From positions 15,209 through 79,208 of the forward strand of contig CAYGFS010000001.1 of the NCBI GenBank assembly GCA_964349305.1: a stretch of DNA of 64,000 nt, read 5' to 3'. Made by a program: the position numbers and the translations under genes. Each line of letters opens with the position of its first letter. Within the stretch, counting starts at the first letter, position 1. This DNA is from an uncultured Pseudomonadales bacterium. GTDB taxonomy: Bacteria > Patescibacteriota > Microgenomatia > UBA1400 > UBA12108. Under the pieces are notes generated by a model, which saw only the letters and a list, made by a program, of their open reading frames with translations, was not told the origin of the DNA and did not search any database. Below, piece by piece: positions 8,826 to 16,781 of the stretch.

Positions 8826-9800
8826 CTACTTTTGGCCAATAACAATGACTTCTTCCGTCAAGTCCACTCCGTATTTTGCTTTGATTTTGGTTTTAATTTC
8901 CTGAATTAATGTGAGGACGTCGGCTGAAGTGGCAGTACCATCGTTAACGATAAAATTGGCGTGGACCTCAGAGACTGAGGCGCCTCCGACCCGGAGCCCT
9001 TTGAGACCGGCTTTGTCCAGCAAATATCCAACGGATTGAATCGTATCGGGAGTGCCCAGACGCATGGCGTCGGCGAGCGGGATATTTTTGAACATACACC
9101 CAGAACTGGGAACCCCCAGCGGCTGGGTGGTGGCACGGCGTTTCACCGCGGCATTGGCGATTTCCCACAATTCACCTTTATTCCCTCTCTTCAATTGAAA
9201 TGAAGCTGAAAGAATAGTTTCTTTGGTCTTGTGAAAAATGCTGTAATCATAATCAAATTTGAGATCTTGTTGTGTATATTTTTTGATCTTTCCCTCTTGA
9301 TCAATCGCAGCTACTTCGATGATGTGGTCGCCAAAGAGCTTATCTAAATGATGGGAGTTGTTGTAGACGGCGCCCCCCACGGTACCGGGTAGCCCCAACA
9401 TATCCTCGAGTCCCTGTAAACCCTGATCTAGAGTGTAGCGGATGAGGAGATTGGCTGGGACACCTGAATCGGCTTGGACAATCGCTTCTTTAAGGTCGAG
9501 CTTGCCGTTTTCGACCCCACCAGCGAAACCTTTGAGTTGGATACCCGAAGTTTTGTTTTTGATAACTAATCCGCGAAAACCAGCGTCGGTGACCAAGATA
9601 TTGCTGCCACCACCAATGACTAGGTAGGGGACTTTGTACATAATGGCGGATTGGACCGATGCGGCAAGCTCGTCTGATGTTTTGGCTTCGTAGAGGAGGT
9701 CGGCAGGGCCGCCGAGTTTGAAATAGGTATGTTTGGCGAGCGGTTCGTCCATTTTGAGCCGATCGGAACCGAGGGATTGGATAATAAATGAGTAATTCAT
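8826..9800 (-). CDS. murB: UDP-N-acetylenolpyruvoylglucosamine reductase MurB
   Basis: 324 aa, FAD-binding N-terminal domain (YFKLGGPADLL, VIGGGSNIL) and MurB C-terminal domain. Confidence 0.85.
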   Translation of the reverse strand: MNYSFIIQSLGSDRLKMDEPLAKHTYFKLGGPADLLYEAKTSDELAASVQSAIMYKVPYLVIGGGSNILVTDAGFRGLVIKNKTSGIQLKGFAGGVENGKLDLKEAIVQADSGVPANLLIRYTLDQGLQGLEDMLGLPGTVGGAVYNNSHHLDKLFGDHIIEVAAIDQEGKIKKYTQQDLKFDYDYSIFHKTKETILSASFQLKRGNKGELWEIANAAVKRRATTQPLGVPSSGCMFKNIPLADAMRLGTPDTIQSVGYLLDKAGLKGLRVGGASVSEVHANFIVNDGTATSADVLTLIQEIKTKIKAKYGVDLTEEVIVIGQK

Positions 9801-9810
9801 AATTTACTTT

Positions 9811-9875
9811 AAGGTCAGACCTTCCCTCCTGATTGATTATGGTCGGGTTGGGCACTTCCTTCAAGGTCTGACCTT
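9811..9875. repeat. paired 13-bp palindromes AAGGTCAGACCTT (9811-9823) and AAGGTCTGACCTT (9863-9875) with a 39-bp spacer, spanning the murC stop codon and lying 10 nt upstream of the murB start
   Basis: Direct reading: the two 13-mers are mutual reverse complements. Same architecture as the AAGGACTGTCCTT/AAGGACAGTCCTT pair at 7417-7489. Confidence 0.6.
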
Positions 9876-11215
9876 GTAGCGTCGCCTATTTTCACCCATT
9901 TTTCATGGAGTTTGTAGACAAATCCCGCACCCATGGTGAGGATGAGATCGCCAGGTTTGGAGGCGGCCCAGACAATATCGGCGGCATTGTCCCACGTGAG
10001 CGCCATGGCCGCCGAGTTATGTTTAGCCACTTCGGCGGCGAAGGACTCCGGGGTAATTTGGTGAGCTACCCCTTTTTCCCTGGCTGATTCGAAAATAGGC
10101 ATGATGAAGGGAAGATCGGACAGGGCGATCGATTTAGCAAATTCGTCCAGCAATGCTTCGGTACGGCTATAGGTATGGGACTCGAACACGAGTAGAATGC
10201 GGGAGTCAGGAAAATGTGCTTTAAATGATTGAACTGTGAGCTCAATCTCGCGTGGATGATGGCCGTAATCGTCGTAAAGTAGGCGTCCAGCAACCTCTCC
10301 ATGGCTTTCCTGGCGTCTCCCTGCTCCATGGTAGGCCTTGATCGCTGCGAGTGCTTGCGATTCGCTTAAACCGGCCTCTATGGCGGCCAAGACGGCGGCC
10401 AGTGCATCCAACTTGTTTTGATCGCCAAACACGGAGAGCTGGAGTTGGGCATAGAGCGAGTGGTTTGATCCGTATGGTATCACTTTGATATCCTGCAGGG
10501 CCTGGCCCTGAAGGTCGAGAATTTGAGCGGTCAAAGGGTCGGAGGGATTACAGATCCAAGTACCACCTACAGGAATGGAGGCCACGAGGTCGGCAAACGC
10601 CTGACGGGTAGCGGAGGCGTCCGGATAAATATCGGGATGATCGTGGATGATATTGGTGGTAATCAGGATTTGGGGAGTAAGGAGCGCAAACTTTGGCCTG
10701 GAATCAGTCTTGCTAATGGCATACTCGTCTGATTCCACCACAAAGTAGGAATCATCCCCTGCATGACCGGGGGCACTGAGCCCAGCGATAGATCCAGTAC
10801 CGACATAATACCCGACATCACGCCCAGCTGCGTGAAAAAGTGCGGCCAGCATGGCGGATGTGGTGGTCTTACCCCCAACCCCAGCCACTGAGATGACTTT
10901 TTTATCACTGACAAACTCGGCCAGAGCTTCGGCGAGTGAGAGAGGGTCAGACACTCCCGGAGTGTGGGAGCCCTTCACTCCGGGAGTGATGGATGCAGTG
11001 GCTACATAAGCCCCAGAATAAATAATTTCATCAACGTCAGGGATCGGATCGGAAAAAGATTGAATTTTGATACCTCGCTTATTCAAAATATCGTCCGTGA
11101 TAAATGACTCATTTGTGTCTGACCCAGATATAGTCCAACCGGTATCTTGCATGGCGAGAGCCAGCGAACACATCCCTACACCCTTGATCCCGATATAATA
11201 CGCTGATTTGGTCAT
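9815..11215 (-). CDS. murC: UDP-N-acetylmuramate--L-alanine ligase MurC (carries two in-frame palindromic insertions)
   Basis: 466 aa, MTKSAYYIGIKGVGMCSLA..., Mur ligase P-loop (GVGGKTTTSAML). Confidence 0.9.
   Translation of the reverse strand: MTKSAYYIGIKGVGMCSLALAMQDTGWTISGSDTNESFITDDILNKRGIKIQSFSDPIPDVDEIIYSGAYVATASITPGVKGSHTPGVSDPLSLAEALAEFVSDKKVISVAGVGGKTTTSAMLAALFHAAGRDVGYYVGTGSIAGLSAPGHAGDDSYFVVESDEYAISKTDSRPKFALLTPQILITTNIIHDHPDIYPDASATRQAFADLVASIPVGGTWICNPSDPLTAQILDLQGQALQDIKVIPYGSNHSLYAQLQLSVFGDQNKLDALAAVLAAIEAGLSESQALAAIKAYHGAGRRQESHGEVAGRLLYDDYGHHPREIELTVQSFKAHFPDSRILLVFESHTYSRTEALLDEFAKSIALSDLPFIMPIFESAREKGVAHQITPESFAAEVAKHNSAAMALTWDNAADIVWAASKPGDLILTMGAGFVYKLHEKWVKIGDATRSDLEGSAQPDHNQSGGKV
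10492..10514. repeat. family-B in-frame palindromic element copy B1 (CCTGCAGGGCCTGGCCCTGAAGG) inside murC, encoding LQGQALQ
   Basis: 22/23 identical to 42573-42595 in an unrelated GT4 gene. 11-bp arms with a 1-nt loop. Confidence 0.7.
10952..10988. repeat. family-A in-frame palindromic element copy A1 (CACTCCCGGAGTG-TGGGAGCCCTT-CACTCCGGGAGTG; arms 13 bp) inside murC, encoding TPGVKGSHTPGV
   Basis: Second copy at about 36094-36130 in a GT4 gene with the same loop, stems changed in a compensatory way (T/A swaps), and an identical encoded peptide. Confidence 0.75.
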
Positions 11216-11216
11216 A

Positions 11217-11963
11217 TCATGGTTTTATTTTGGTTTGTGCTTTGGCAAAATCACTGCGATTGTTGACACCATGCCAGATAGAGTCATCTTTGACGAAGAA
11301 AGCCTCGACTTTCTTGCCATTTTTGAGCGCGATTTCGATCATGTCGGTCAAATAATATTCGCCTGAAAGCGGATTTTGTTGAATTTGGTCGATGTAGCTC
11401 TCTAGAAACTTTTTGTCAAAACAGTAAAACCCAGTATTAATTTCTTGGATCTGTTTCTCTCCGTCGGTCGCGTTTTTTTCTTCTACGATACGGAGGACTT
11501 TACCGTTTGCGTCCCGAATGATGCGACCTAAACCGGTGGGGTCTTCTTTGTGGATGGTGAGAAACAGGAGGTCGCAGCCGAGATCATTTTTCTTGGCGGC
11601 CATTTCGGAAAACAAGGCGGGGGGATAGAAAGCAGAGTCGTCGCCGTAGACTGTCAGGACTGTGGTGATATCTGAACCAAGATGTGGGATAGCGGTTTTG
11701 ATGGCGTCACCGGTGCCAAGCTGCTGATCCTGGACTGCGTAAGTTACTTTGTTGCCTAGTGCCGATCGAACTGAATCAGATTGGTAGCCGACCACGGCAA
11801 TCACCGTGGATATACCCGCCTGGTAGAGGTGGTCCACGGTACGGACAATCATTGGTTCGCCGCCGAGTTTGAAAACTACTTTGTTTTTGGTTTTGGCTTT
11901 CATCCGACTCCCACGGCCGGCGGCAAGGATGATAGCGGCGGTATTTGTTAAATCATAAATCAT
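11217..11963 (-). CDS. sugar-1-phosphate nucleotidyltransferase, GlmU N-terminal-domain-like (UDP-GlcNAc pyrophosphorylase-like); no acetyltransferase domain
   Basis: LAAGRGSRMK nucleotidyltransferase signature (as in GlmU VILAAGKGTRM), about 248 aa. Start set at MIYDLTNTAAIILAAG; the longer track ORF overlaps the murE 3' end. Confidence 0.6.
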   Translation of the reverse strand: MIYDLTNTAAIILAAGRGSRMKAKTKNKVVFKLGGEPMIVRTVDHLYQAGISTVIAVVGYQSDSVRSALGNKVTYAVQDQQLGTGDAIKTAIPHLGSDITTVLTVYGDDSAFYPPALFSEMAAKKNDLGCDLLFLTIHKEDPTGLGRIIRDANGKVLRIVEEKNATDGEKQIQEINTGFYCFDKKFLESYIDQIQQNPLSGEYYLTDMIEIALKNGKKVEAFFVKDDSIWHGVNNRSDFAKAQTKIKP

Positions 11964-11982
11964 AAATTCTTCAATTCTCAAA

Positions 11983-13269
11983 TTATTTCTTGTTGAGTGC
12001 TGCTTGTAATGCTTCGTGTTCGGACCAAGGTGTTTCAGTATATCCATCGAGGTTCATCGATTCTTCGTGTCCCTTGCCACAGGTTACTACCCAATCCCCT
12101 GGTTTGGCCAGTACATTGATAGCATAACTGATCGCTTTTTGCCGGTCGAGCTCGATCGTGACGCTCCCGCGCTTTTTCTTAGGGATACCGACCATAATTG
12201 CTTGGGCAATCTCGCCGGCATCTTCGACTCGCGGATCTTCGGAGGTCAAGACAATTTTATCCGCCAGTTCGGCGGCAGCTGCCCCCATCAAGGGGCGCTT
12301 GGAGGCATCTCTGAGTCCGGCGGAGCCAAAGACGACTATGAGCGACTCGCCCTCTCCTAGTTTGGAGCGCAAGTTGGTGAGAACCGAGCGCAAGGCATTG
12401 GGAGTGTGGGCAAAATCGACGAAGGCGTGAATACCTCTGGTATTATTAATCTCTTCGAGCCGACCGCGGACTCCGCGAAAACTAGAGAGAGCATGTTTGA
12501 TATCGATCGGACTAATCCCCAGCAGTAGTGCGGTAGAGATGGCAGCCAGAGTATTGTAGAGGTTGTACTCACCAGTGAGGGCGATCGTGTAGGTGGTAGA
12601 ACCCAGGGTAAAGACGGTCTTGTCGGCTAAGTATTCGATGTGGTCTGGCTTGATTTGTGAATCCGTCTGAATAGAATAAGTCGAGAACATTACCTTGGGG
12701 AGACGCGCATTGATGTCACCAAAAATCTCCAAATCTTTGTTGACGACGGCGTGGCGCGCATGCTTGAAAAGCTTGAGTTTAGCGTCGCGATAGGCGGCAA
12801 AGTTCGGGTGATAATCGAGATGTTCGTGAGTAATGTTGGTGAGGACAGCAATCTTCGGTCTGAGAGGGTAAACGCGGAATTGATCGAGGCCGTGGCTCGT
12901 GACTTCGAGGACTACGTAGCGGATTTTTTGTGAGCGCATGCGCCGCAGGAGCGCCTGGAGGGCAAAAGGATTGGGCGAAGTCACGTGGAATCCAGTTTTC
13001 AGGTTTTTGCGGCCTACTTTGGCATCGACGGTCGAGATGAGCGCGACCTTCTTTTTGGCAGTCTTTAAAATATGGTAAATGAGAGTAGAAGTGGTAGTTT
13101 TGCCGTCGGTCCCAGTAACCCCAATGATCTCCAAATCTCTCCCTGGATCACCGTACAGCCTCGCGGCCAAAAATGCCTTGGGAAGATGATAGGCATAATT
13201 GACGACAAACTGAGGAAAAAGCGGGCGAAGTTTTCGCGCTAAACTGAGGATAAGTCGCTTAATTTTCAT
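11983..13269 (-). CDS. murE: Mur ligase of the MurE/MurF type (UDP-MurNAc-tripeptide synthetase; MurE favoured), the only E/F-type ligase in the cluster
   Basis: GVTGTDGKTTTS P-loop, Mur ligase middle and C-terminal domains, C-terminal EDPR motif resembling the MurE DNPR. Start set at MKIKRLILS; the upstream extension overlaps ftsI. Confidence 0.65.
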   Translation of the reverse strand: MKIKRLILSLARKLRPLFPQFVVNYAYHLPKAFLAARLYGDPGRDLEIIGVTGTDGKTTTSTLIYHILKTAKKKVALISTVDAKVGRKNLKTGFHVTSPNPFALQALLRRMRSQKIRYVVLEVTSHGLDQFRVYPLRPKIAVLTNITHEHLDYHPNFAAYRDAKLKLFKHARHAVVNKDLEIFGDINARLPKVMFSTYSIQTDSQIKPDHIEYLADKTVFTLGSTTYTIALTGEYNLYNTLAAISTALLLGISPIDIKHALSSFRGVRGRLEEINNTRGIHAFVDFAHTPNALRSVLTNLRSKLGEGESLIVVFGSAGLRDASKRPLMGAAAAELADKIVLTSEDPRVEDAGEIAQAIMVGIPKKKRGSVTIELDRQKAISYAINVLAKPGDWVVTCGKGHEESMNLDGYTETPWSEHEALQAALNKK

Positions 13270-13295
13270 AGACTTTGATATTGTAACACTCTGAT

Positions 13296-15035
13296 CTAAT
13301 TTGACGGAGCGATGTTGTAACGGAGTAGCAGTTTTTTGGAGATGCCAAACCAAAGGGGGGCGGCGGTTTCGGCGGCCCACTGGCTGGTTTGGGGCTCTGA
13401 CAGTTTGACGATCATGACAAAACGCGGATTACCAGCGGGGGCAAAACCTACAAACGATGCCGTGGTCTTTTCGGAGTCGTAATGCCCTTCGACCGCGATT
13501 TGGGCGGTACCGGTCTTGCCGGCCACTTTGTACCCTTTGGGAGCGGCCCATTTGGCTTCACCCTGTTGAACGGCTTGGACCATAAGGTTGGTAATGCGCA
13601 AAGCGGACTCCTCTGAGACTACTTGTCCCCGGCTTTTGGGCGGGATCACGACCTCGGTATCGCCAATTACACTAGCGACGAGGTGTGGCTCCATGAGCTC
13701 TCCTTTGTTGGCGAGTGCCCCCACGGCCGAAAGCATTTGAATCGAGGTGACGGCGATACCCTGGCCAAAGGATGAGGTAGCGTAATCGATATCTCCCCAT
13801 TTACTGCGCAGCTTGGGGGTAATCTCCTCCTGGAGGTCGATACCCGTTTTTTGTCCGAAGCCAAACTTGTTGATATACTCGAGCATTTTCTCACCCCCAA
13901 GACGCTGCTCTGTCCACACCATCCCTACATTGTCGGAATGAACAATAATTTCTTCTGGAGTGGCATTGGGCCGATAAGTTTCGTCCCAGGTTTTGATGTT
14001 GTACTTGCCTATAGGGTAGGCCGCACTGCAAATATCGCAATGATCGTCTTCTTTGATTACCCCCTCATTAAAAGCTGCCGCCATGACCAAAACTTTAAAT
14101 GTACTGCCGGGCTCGTAAGAATTGGCGACGGCTGGATTTTTGTATAACCCGGTATCATAAAGATGAAATTTCTCTGGATCGTAGGAAGGCAAGCTGGCCA
14201 TAGCCAAGATACCACCAGTTTTAGGATCCATCACAATCACCTCTCCAGAACTGGCACCGTAGCGCTCCAAGCCCTTTTTGAGCTCCTCTTCGACGATATA
14301 TTGGGTACCACGCTCCAAGTGGAGCCGGAGTGAGCGGCCATTGCGTCCGGGCAGCAATTGAAAGTCACCGACCAGCAGCGGGTTGCCACCGGCATCTTTT
14401 TCTTGTTTTTCGATGCGGCTGCGGCCGGAGAGCTCGCGGTCATAAAAACCTTCGATTCCAAAGTAGCCAGTGGGTTTGCCCACGTCGTCCCTACCCACAA
14501 AACCAGTAAGCTGAGCTGACATGGAAGCCTCGGGATACTCCCGGACAAATGTTTGGTCAAAAGTCAGCCCTTTGATACCCTGCTGCTCGATACTGTCTTT
14601 TTCTTCCACGGAGAGGGATCTGGCCAGGACAGCGTAACCAGATCCCGTGAGCTTGTCGAGAATGGTGGATTTGGTGCTCTGTTTGAGCTCGTCGAGGGCG
14701 ACCTTGAGCTTGGCTTCATCGGTCGCGATAGCGGGATCATCGATGGTAAAACTGAGCCTGGACATGAGCTGATCGACGATCGAATTGGGCTTGTCGACCA
14801 CGGCCGGCAAGTAGACTCCGAGCGTGTAGACTGCTTGGTTGACGACGAGGGGGAAACCGTCGGATGTGATGATAGAACCACGCGTCCCCTCAACGACATC
14901 GCGGGAGGCATATTGATCATGAGCCTGGGCACTGAGCTCGTCGGTCCGGACAATCTGCCAATAGCTCAAGCGAATAATAATAAGGGCGAGGACGAATAGG
15001 AAACCGATATACAGTGTCTGAATTCGTGTATGCAT
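13296..15035 (-). CDS. ftsI: class B penicillin-binding protein / peptidoglycan D,D-transpeptidase FtsI
   Basis: N-terminal TM helix, PBP dimerisation domain, transpeptidase motifs STFK (EPGSTFKV), SDN (HSDNVG) and KTGT (AGKTGTAQ). Confidence 0.85.
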   Translation of the reverse strand: MHTRIQTLYIGFLFVLALIIIRLSYWQIVRTDELSAQAHDQYASRDVVEGTRGSIITSDGFPLVVNQAVYTLGVYLPAVVDKPNSIVDQLMSRLSFTIDDPAIATDEAKLKVALDELKQSTKSTILDKLTGSGYAVLARSLSVEEKDSIEQQGIKGLTFDQTFVREYPEASMSAQLTGFVGRDDVGKPTGYFGIEGFYDRELSGRSRIEKQEKDAGGNPLLVGDFQLLPGRNGRSLRLHLERGTQYIVEEELKKGLERYGASSGEVIVMDPKTGGILAMASLPSYDPEKFHLYDTGLYKNPAVANSYEPGSTFKVLVMAAAFNEGVIKEDDHCDICSAAYPIGKYNIKTWDETYRPNATPEEIIVHSDNVGMVWTEQRLGGEKMLEYINKFGFGQKTGIDLQEEITPKLRSKWGDIDYATSSFGQGIAVTSIQMLSAVGALANKGELMEPHLVASVIGDTEVVIPPKSRGQVVSEESALRITNLMVQAVQQGEAKWAAPKGYKVAGKTGTAQIAVEGHYDSEKTTASFVGFAPAGNPRFVMIVKLSEPQTSQWAAETAAPLWFGISKKLLLRYNIAPSN

Positions 15036-15049
15036 ACGTTAAATGTACA

Positions 15050-15319
15050 CTAGCGGGAAGCAACAGAGGCGGTGGTGGGAAGCGCGACCACTTTGGGACT
15101 CTCGACAAAGCCTAAATCGGCGAGTCTGGCACTCAAGCTGCCGAGTGACCCCGCACCGGCGACAGTGGCACGCATAATGGTGTTTTCATTTTGGATCTGG
15201 GCTATTTCGCTACTTAGCCGCGAAACCACGACTCCTTCATCAACCGCGGCATTGGTCAGGGTTACATTGCCGATCACGAGGGCAATTATGATGGCAAATA
15301 AGAATTTGATTAGTTTCAT
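15050..15319 (-). CDS. ftsL: small single-TM cell-division protein, FtsL-like
   Basis: 89 aa with an N-terminal TM helix, at the canonical position between rsmH and ftsI. Sequence is not diagnostic by itself. Confidence 0.45.
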   Translation of the reverse strand: MKLIKFLFAIIIALVIGNVTLTNAAVDEGVVVSRLSSEIAQIQNENTIMRATVAGAGSLGSLSARLADLGFVESPKVVALPTTASVASR

Positions 15320-16200
15320 GCGAGTCTCCTAGCAGCACGTAATTTAGCCGAGCGTGAGCGTGGGTTTTGACTTACCTCTTGCGAGGATGGTTCGACTGGC
15401 TTGTTGGTCAAAATTTCGATTTGGCCGGCTGACTCGGAGTCATTCATCCAGGTTTTGACAATGCGGTCTTCGAGGGAATGGAAAGCGATCGTGACTACTA
15501 CCCCACCCTCCTTTAAGCGGCTCAAAGCCGAGGGCAGTGCAGCTTTGAGCTCGCCTCTTTCGCCGTTGACGGCCATGCGAAGTGCTTGAAAAACCTTGGT
15601 AGCTGGGTGGATGCCGCGAGGTCGACCAACGACAGAGATAATGAGGTTGGCGAGTTGTTCGGTTGTTGAAATGGGGTTGATCAAGCGAACCCGACAGATT
15701 TCGTTCACAATGCGTTTGGCATTGCCATCTTCACCGAGGGTGGTGAAAAGCTCGACCAGTTCATTTTTACCTAGTCCATTGACCAGGTCGGCGGCGGTCA
15801 CCCCCAATTTGAGATCCATGCGCATATCGAGGGGAGCGTCGTAGCGGAAAGAGAAGCCGCGCTCTGGAGTATCGAGCTGATAGGAGCTAACCCCAAGGTC
15901 AAAAAGGATCCCGTCAAACTTGCCTTCTAAAGCTGGATTGTCTTTTTCCAGTGCTTCCGAAAATGCCAAGTTGATGGGCGTAAACTGCTCAATAAACCCT
16001 TCTTTAGTGATGCGCTCTATGGCAATATTTAACATGTCATTGTCGCGGTCGATGCCCACGACTTCGCTGCCGAGCTTGAGCAGCTCTAGCGTATGTCCGC
16101 CATAGCCGAGGGTGGCGTCAACATAGCGTTTACCCGGCTGGGGATCCAGGTAATGTACTACTTCGCTGAGCATGACTGGGGTGTGAATCGGATATGCCAT
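15316..16200 (-). CDS. rsmH: 16S rRNA (cytosine1402-N4)-methyltransferase RsmH (MraW)
   Basis: MAYPIHTPVMLSEVVHYL...DATLGYGGHT SAM-MTase signature, follows mraZ. Confidence 0.9.
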   Translation of the reverse strand: MAYPIHTPVMLSEVVHYLDPQPGKRYVDATLGYGGHTLELLKLGSEVVGIDRDNDMLNIAIERITKEGFIEQFTPINLAFSEALEKDNPALEGKFDGILFDLGVSSYQLDTPERGFSFRYDAPLDMRMDLKLGVTAADLVNGLGKNELVELFTTLGEDGNAKRIVNEICRVRLINPISTTEQLANLIISVVGRPRGIHPATKVFQALRMAVNGERGELKAALPSALSRLKEGGVVVTIAFHSLEDRIVKTWMNDSESAGQIEILTNKPVEPSSQEVSQNPRSRSAKLRAARRLA

Positions 16201-16202
16201 AG

Positions 16203-16634
16203 TTATATTCCTAGCTCCGACAAGGATGACTCGAGCTCACTTTCAGATGATGTTAGGCCGTCGACGTAGACGTGGTAGGCTGCTTTGCTCCAGATTTCGA
16301 CCCTACTGAGAGCCCCGGCAAAAACGACTTCTTTGGTAATACCTGCGAGGTTTATCAGATTTTCTGGTAGGTGGGTGCGGCCAAGTTTGTCGGTCTCTAG
16401 GGGCGCGGCATTGTAGGTAAGGAGACGGAGGAAATCTCGGGCAGGTTTGCTGGTGAGTGGCAAGGTTTGGAGCTTGTCGACAAGTTTGTTCCAGGACTCT
16501 GCCGTAAAGATAAAAAGACAGCCGTCTAGTCCTTTCGTGATGACTGAACCAGATGTAAGACTCTCACGGAATGATTTGGGTACAGAAACACGATTCTTTT
16601 CGTCGAGCTGATGATAATATGTACCAATAAACAT
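16203..16634 (-). CDS. mraZ: transcriptional regulator MraZ
   Basis: 143 aa, MFIGTYYHQLDEKNRVSVP... duplicated MraZ/SpoVT-AbrB-type fold, first gene of the dcw operon. Confidence 0.9.
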   Translation of the reverse strand: MFIGTYYHQLDEKNRVSVPKSFRESLTSGSVITKGLDGCLFIFTAESWNKLVDKLQTLPLTSKPARDFLRLLTYNAAPLETDKLGRTHLPENLINLAGITKEVVFAGALSRVEIWSKAAYHVYVDGLTSSESELESSLSELGI

Positions 16635-16644
16635 ATAAGACTAT

Positions 16645-16668
16645 CTCCCACATTTTCCCACTCACTTC
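16645..16668 (-). promoter_or_regulatory. putative MraZ operator: direct GTGGG repeats at 10-nt periodicity (minus-strand GTGAGTGGGAAAATGTGGGAGATAG) between the -10 box and the mraZ ATG
   Basis: Read on the minus strand 12-35 nt upstream of mraZ. Matches the E. coli pattern of MraZ boxes (GTGGG-type repeats, 10-bp phasing) lying between Pmra and mraZ. Confidence 0.45.
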
Positions 16669-16697
16669 ATTTAAGACCAAAGTGATACAGTTGTCAA
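16669..16697 (-). promoter_or_regulatory. sigma70-like promoter of the dcw operon: -35 TTGACA (16692-16697), 17-nt spacer, -10 TTAAAT (16669-16674)
   Basis: Minus-strand sequence ccgTTGACAactgtatcactttggtcTTAAATgaagtgagtggg...ATG. Perfect -35 hexamer and 17-bp spacing. Confidence 0.5.
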
Positions 16698-16781
16698 CGG
16701 TTTTGTACTAGGAAAATATGGTTTGTGCTATTTACCGAATGATACCCGAAATGTGAGTTATGGGACTATAAAATTATACCT

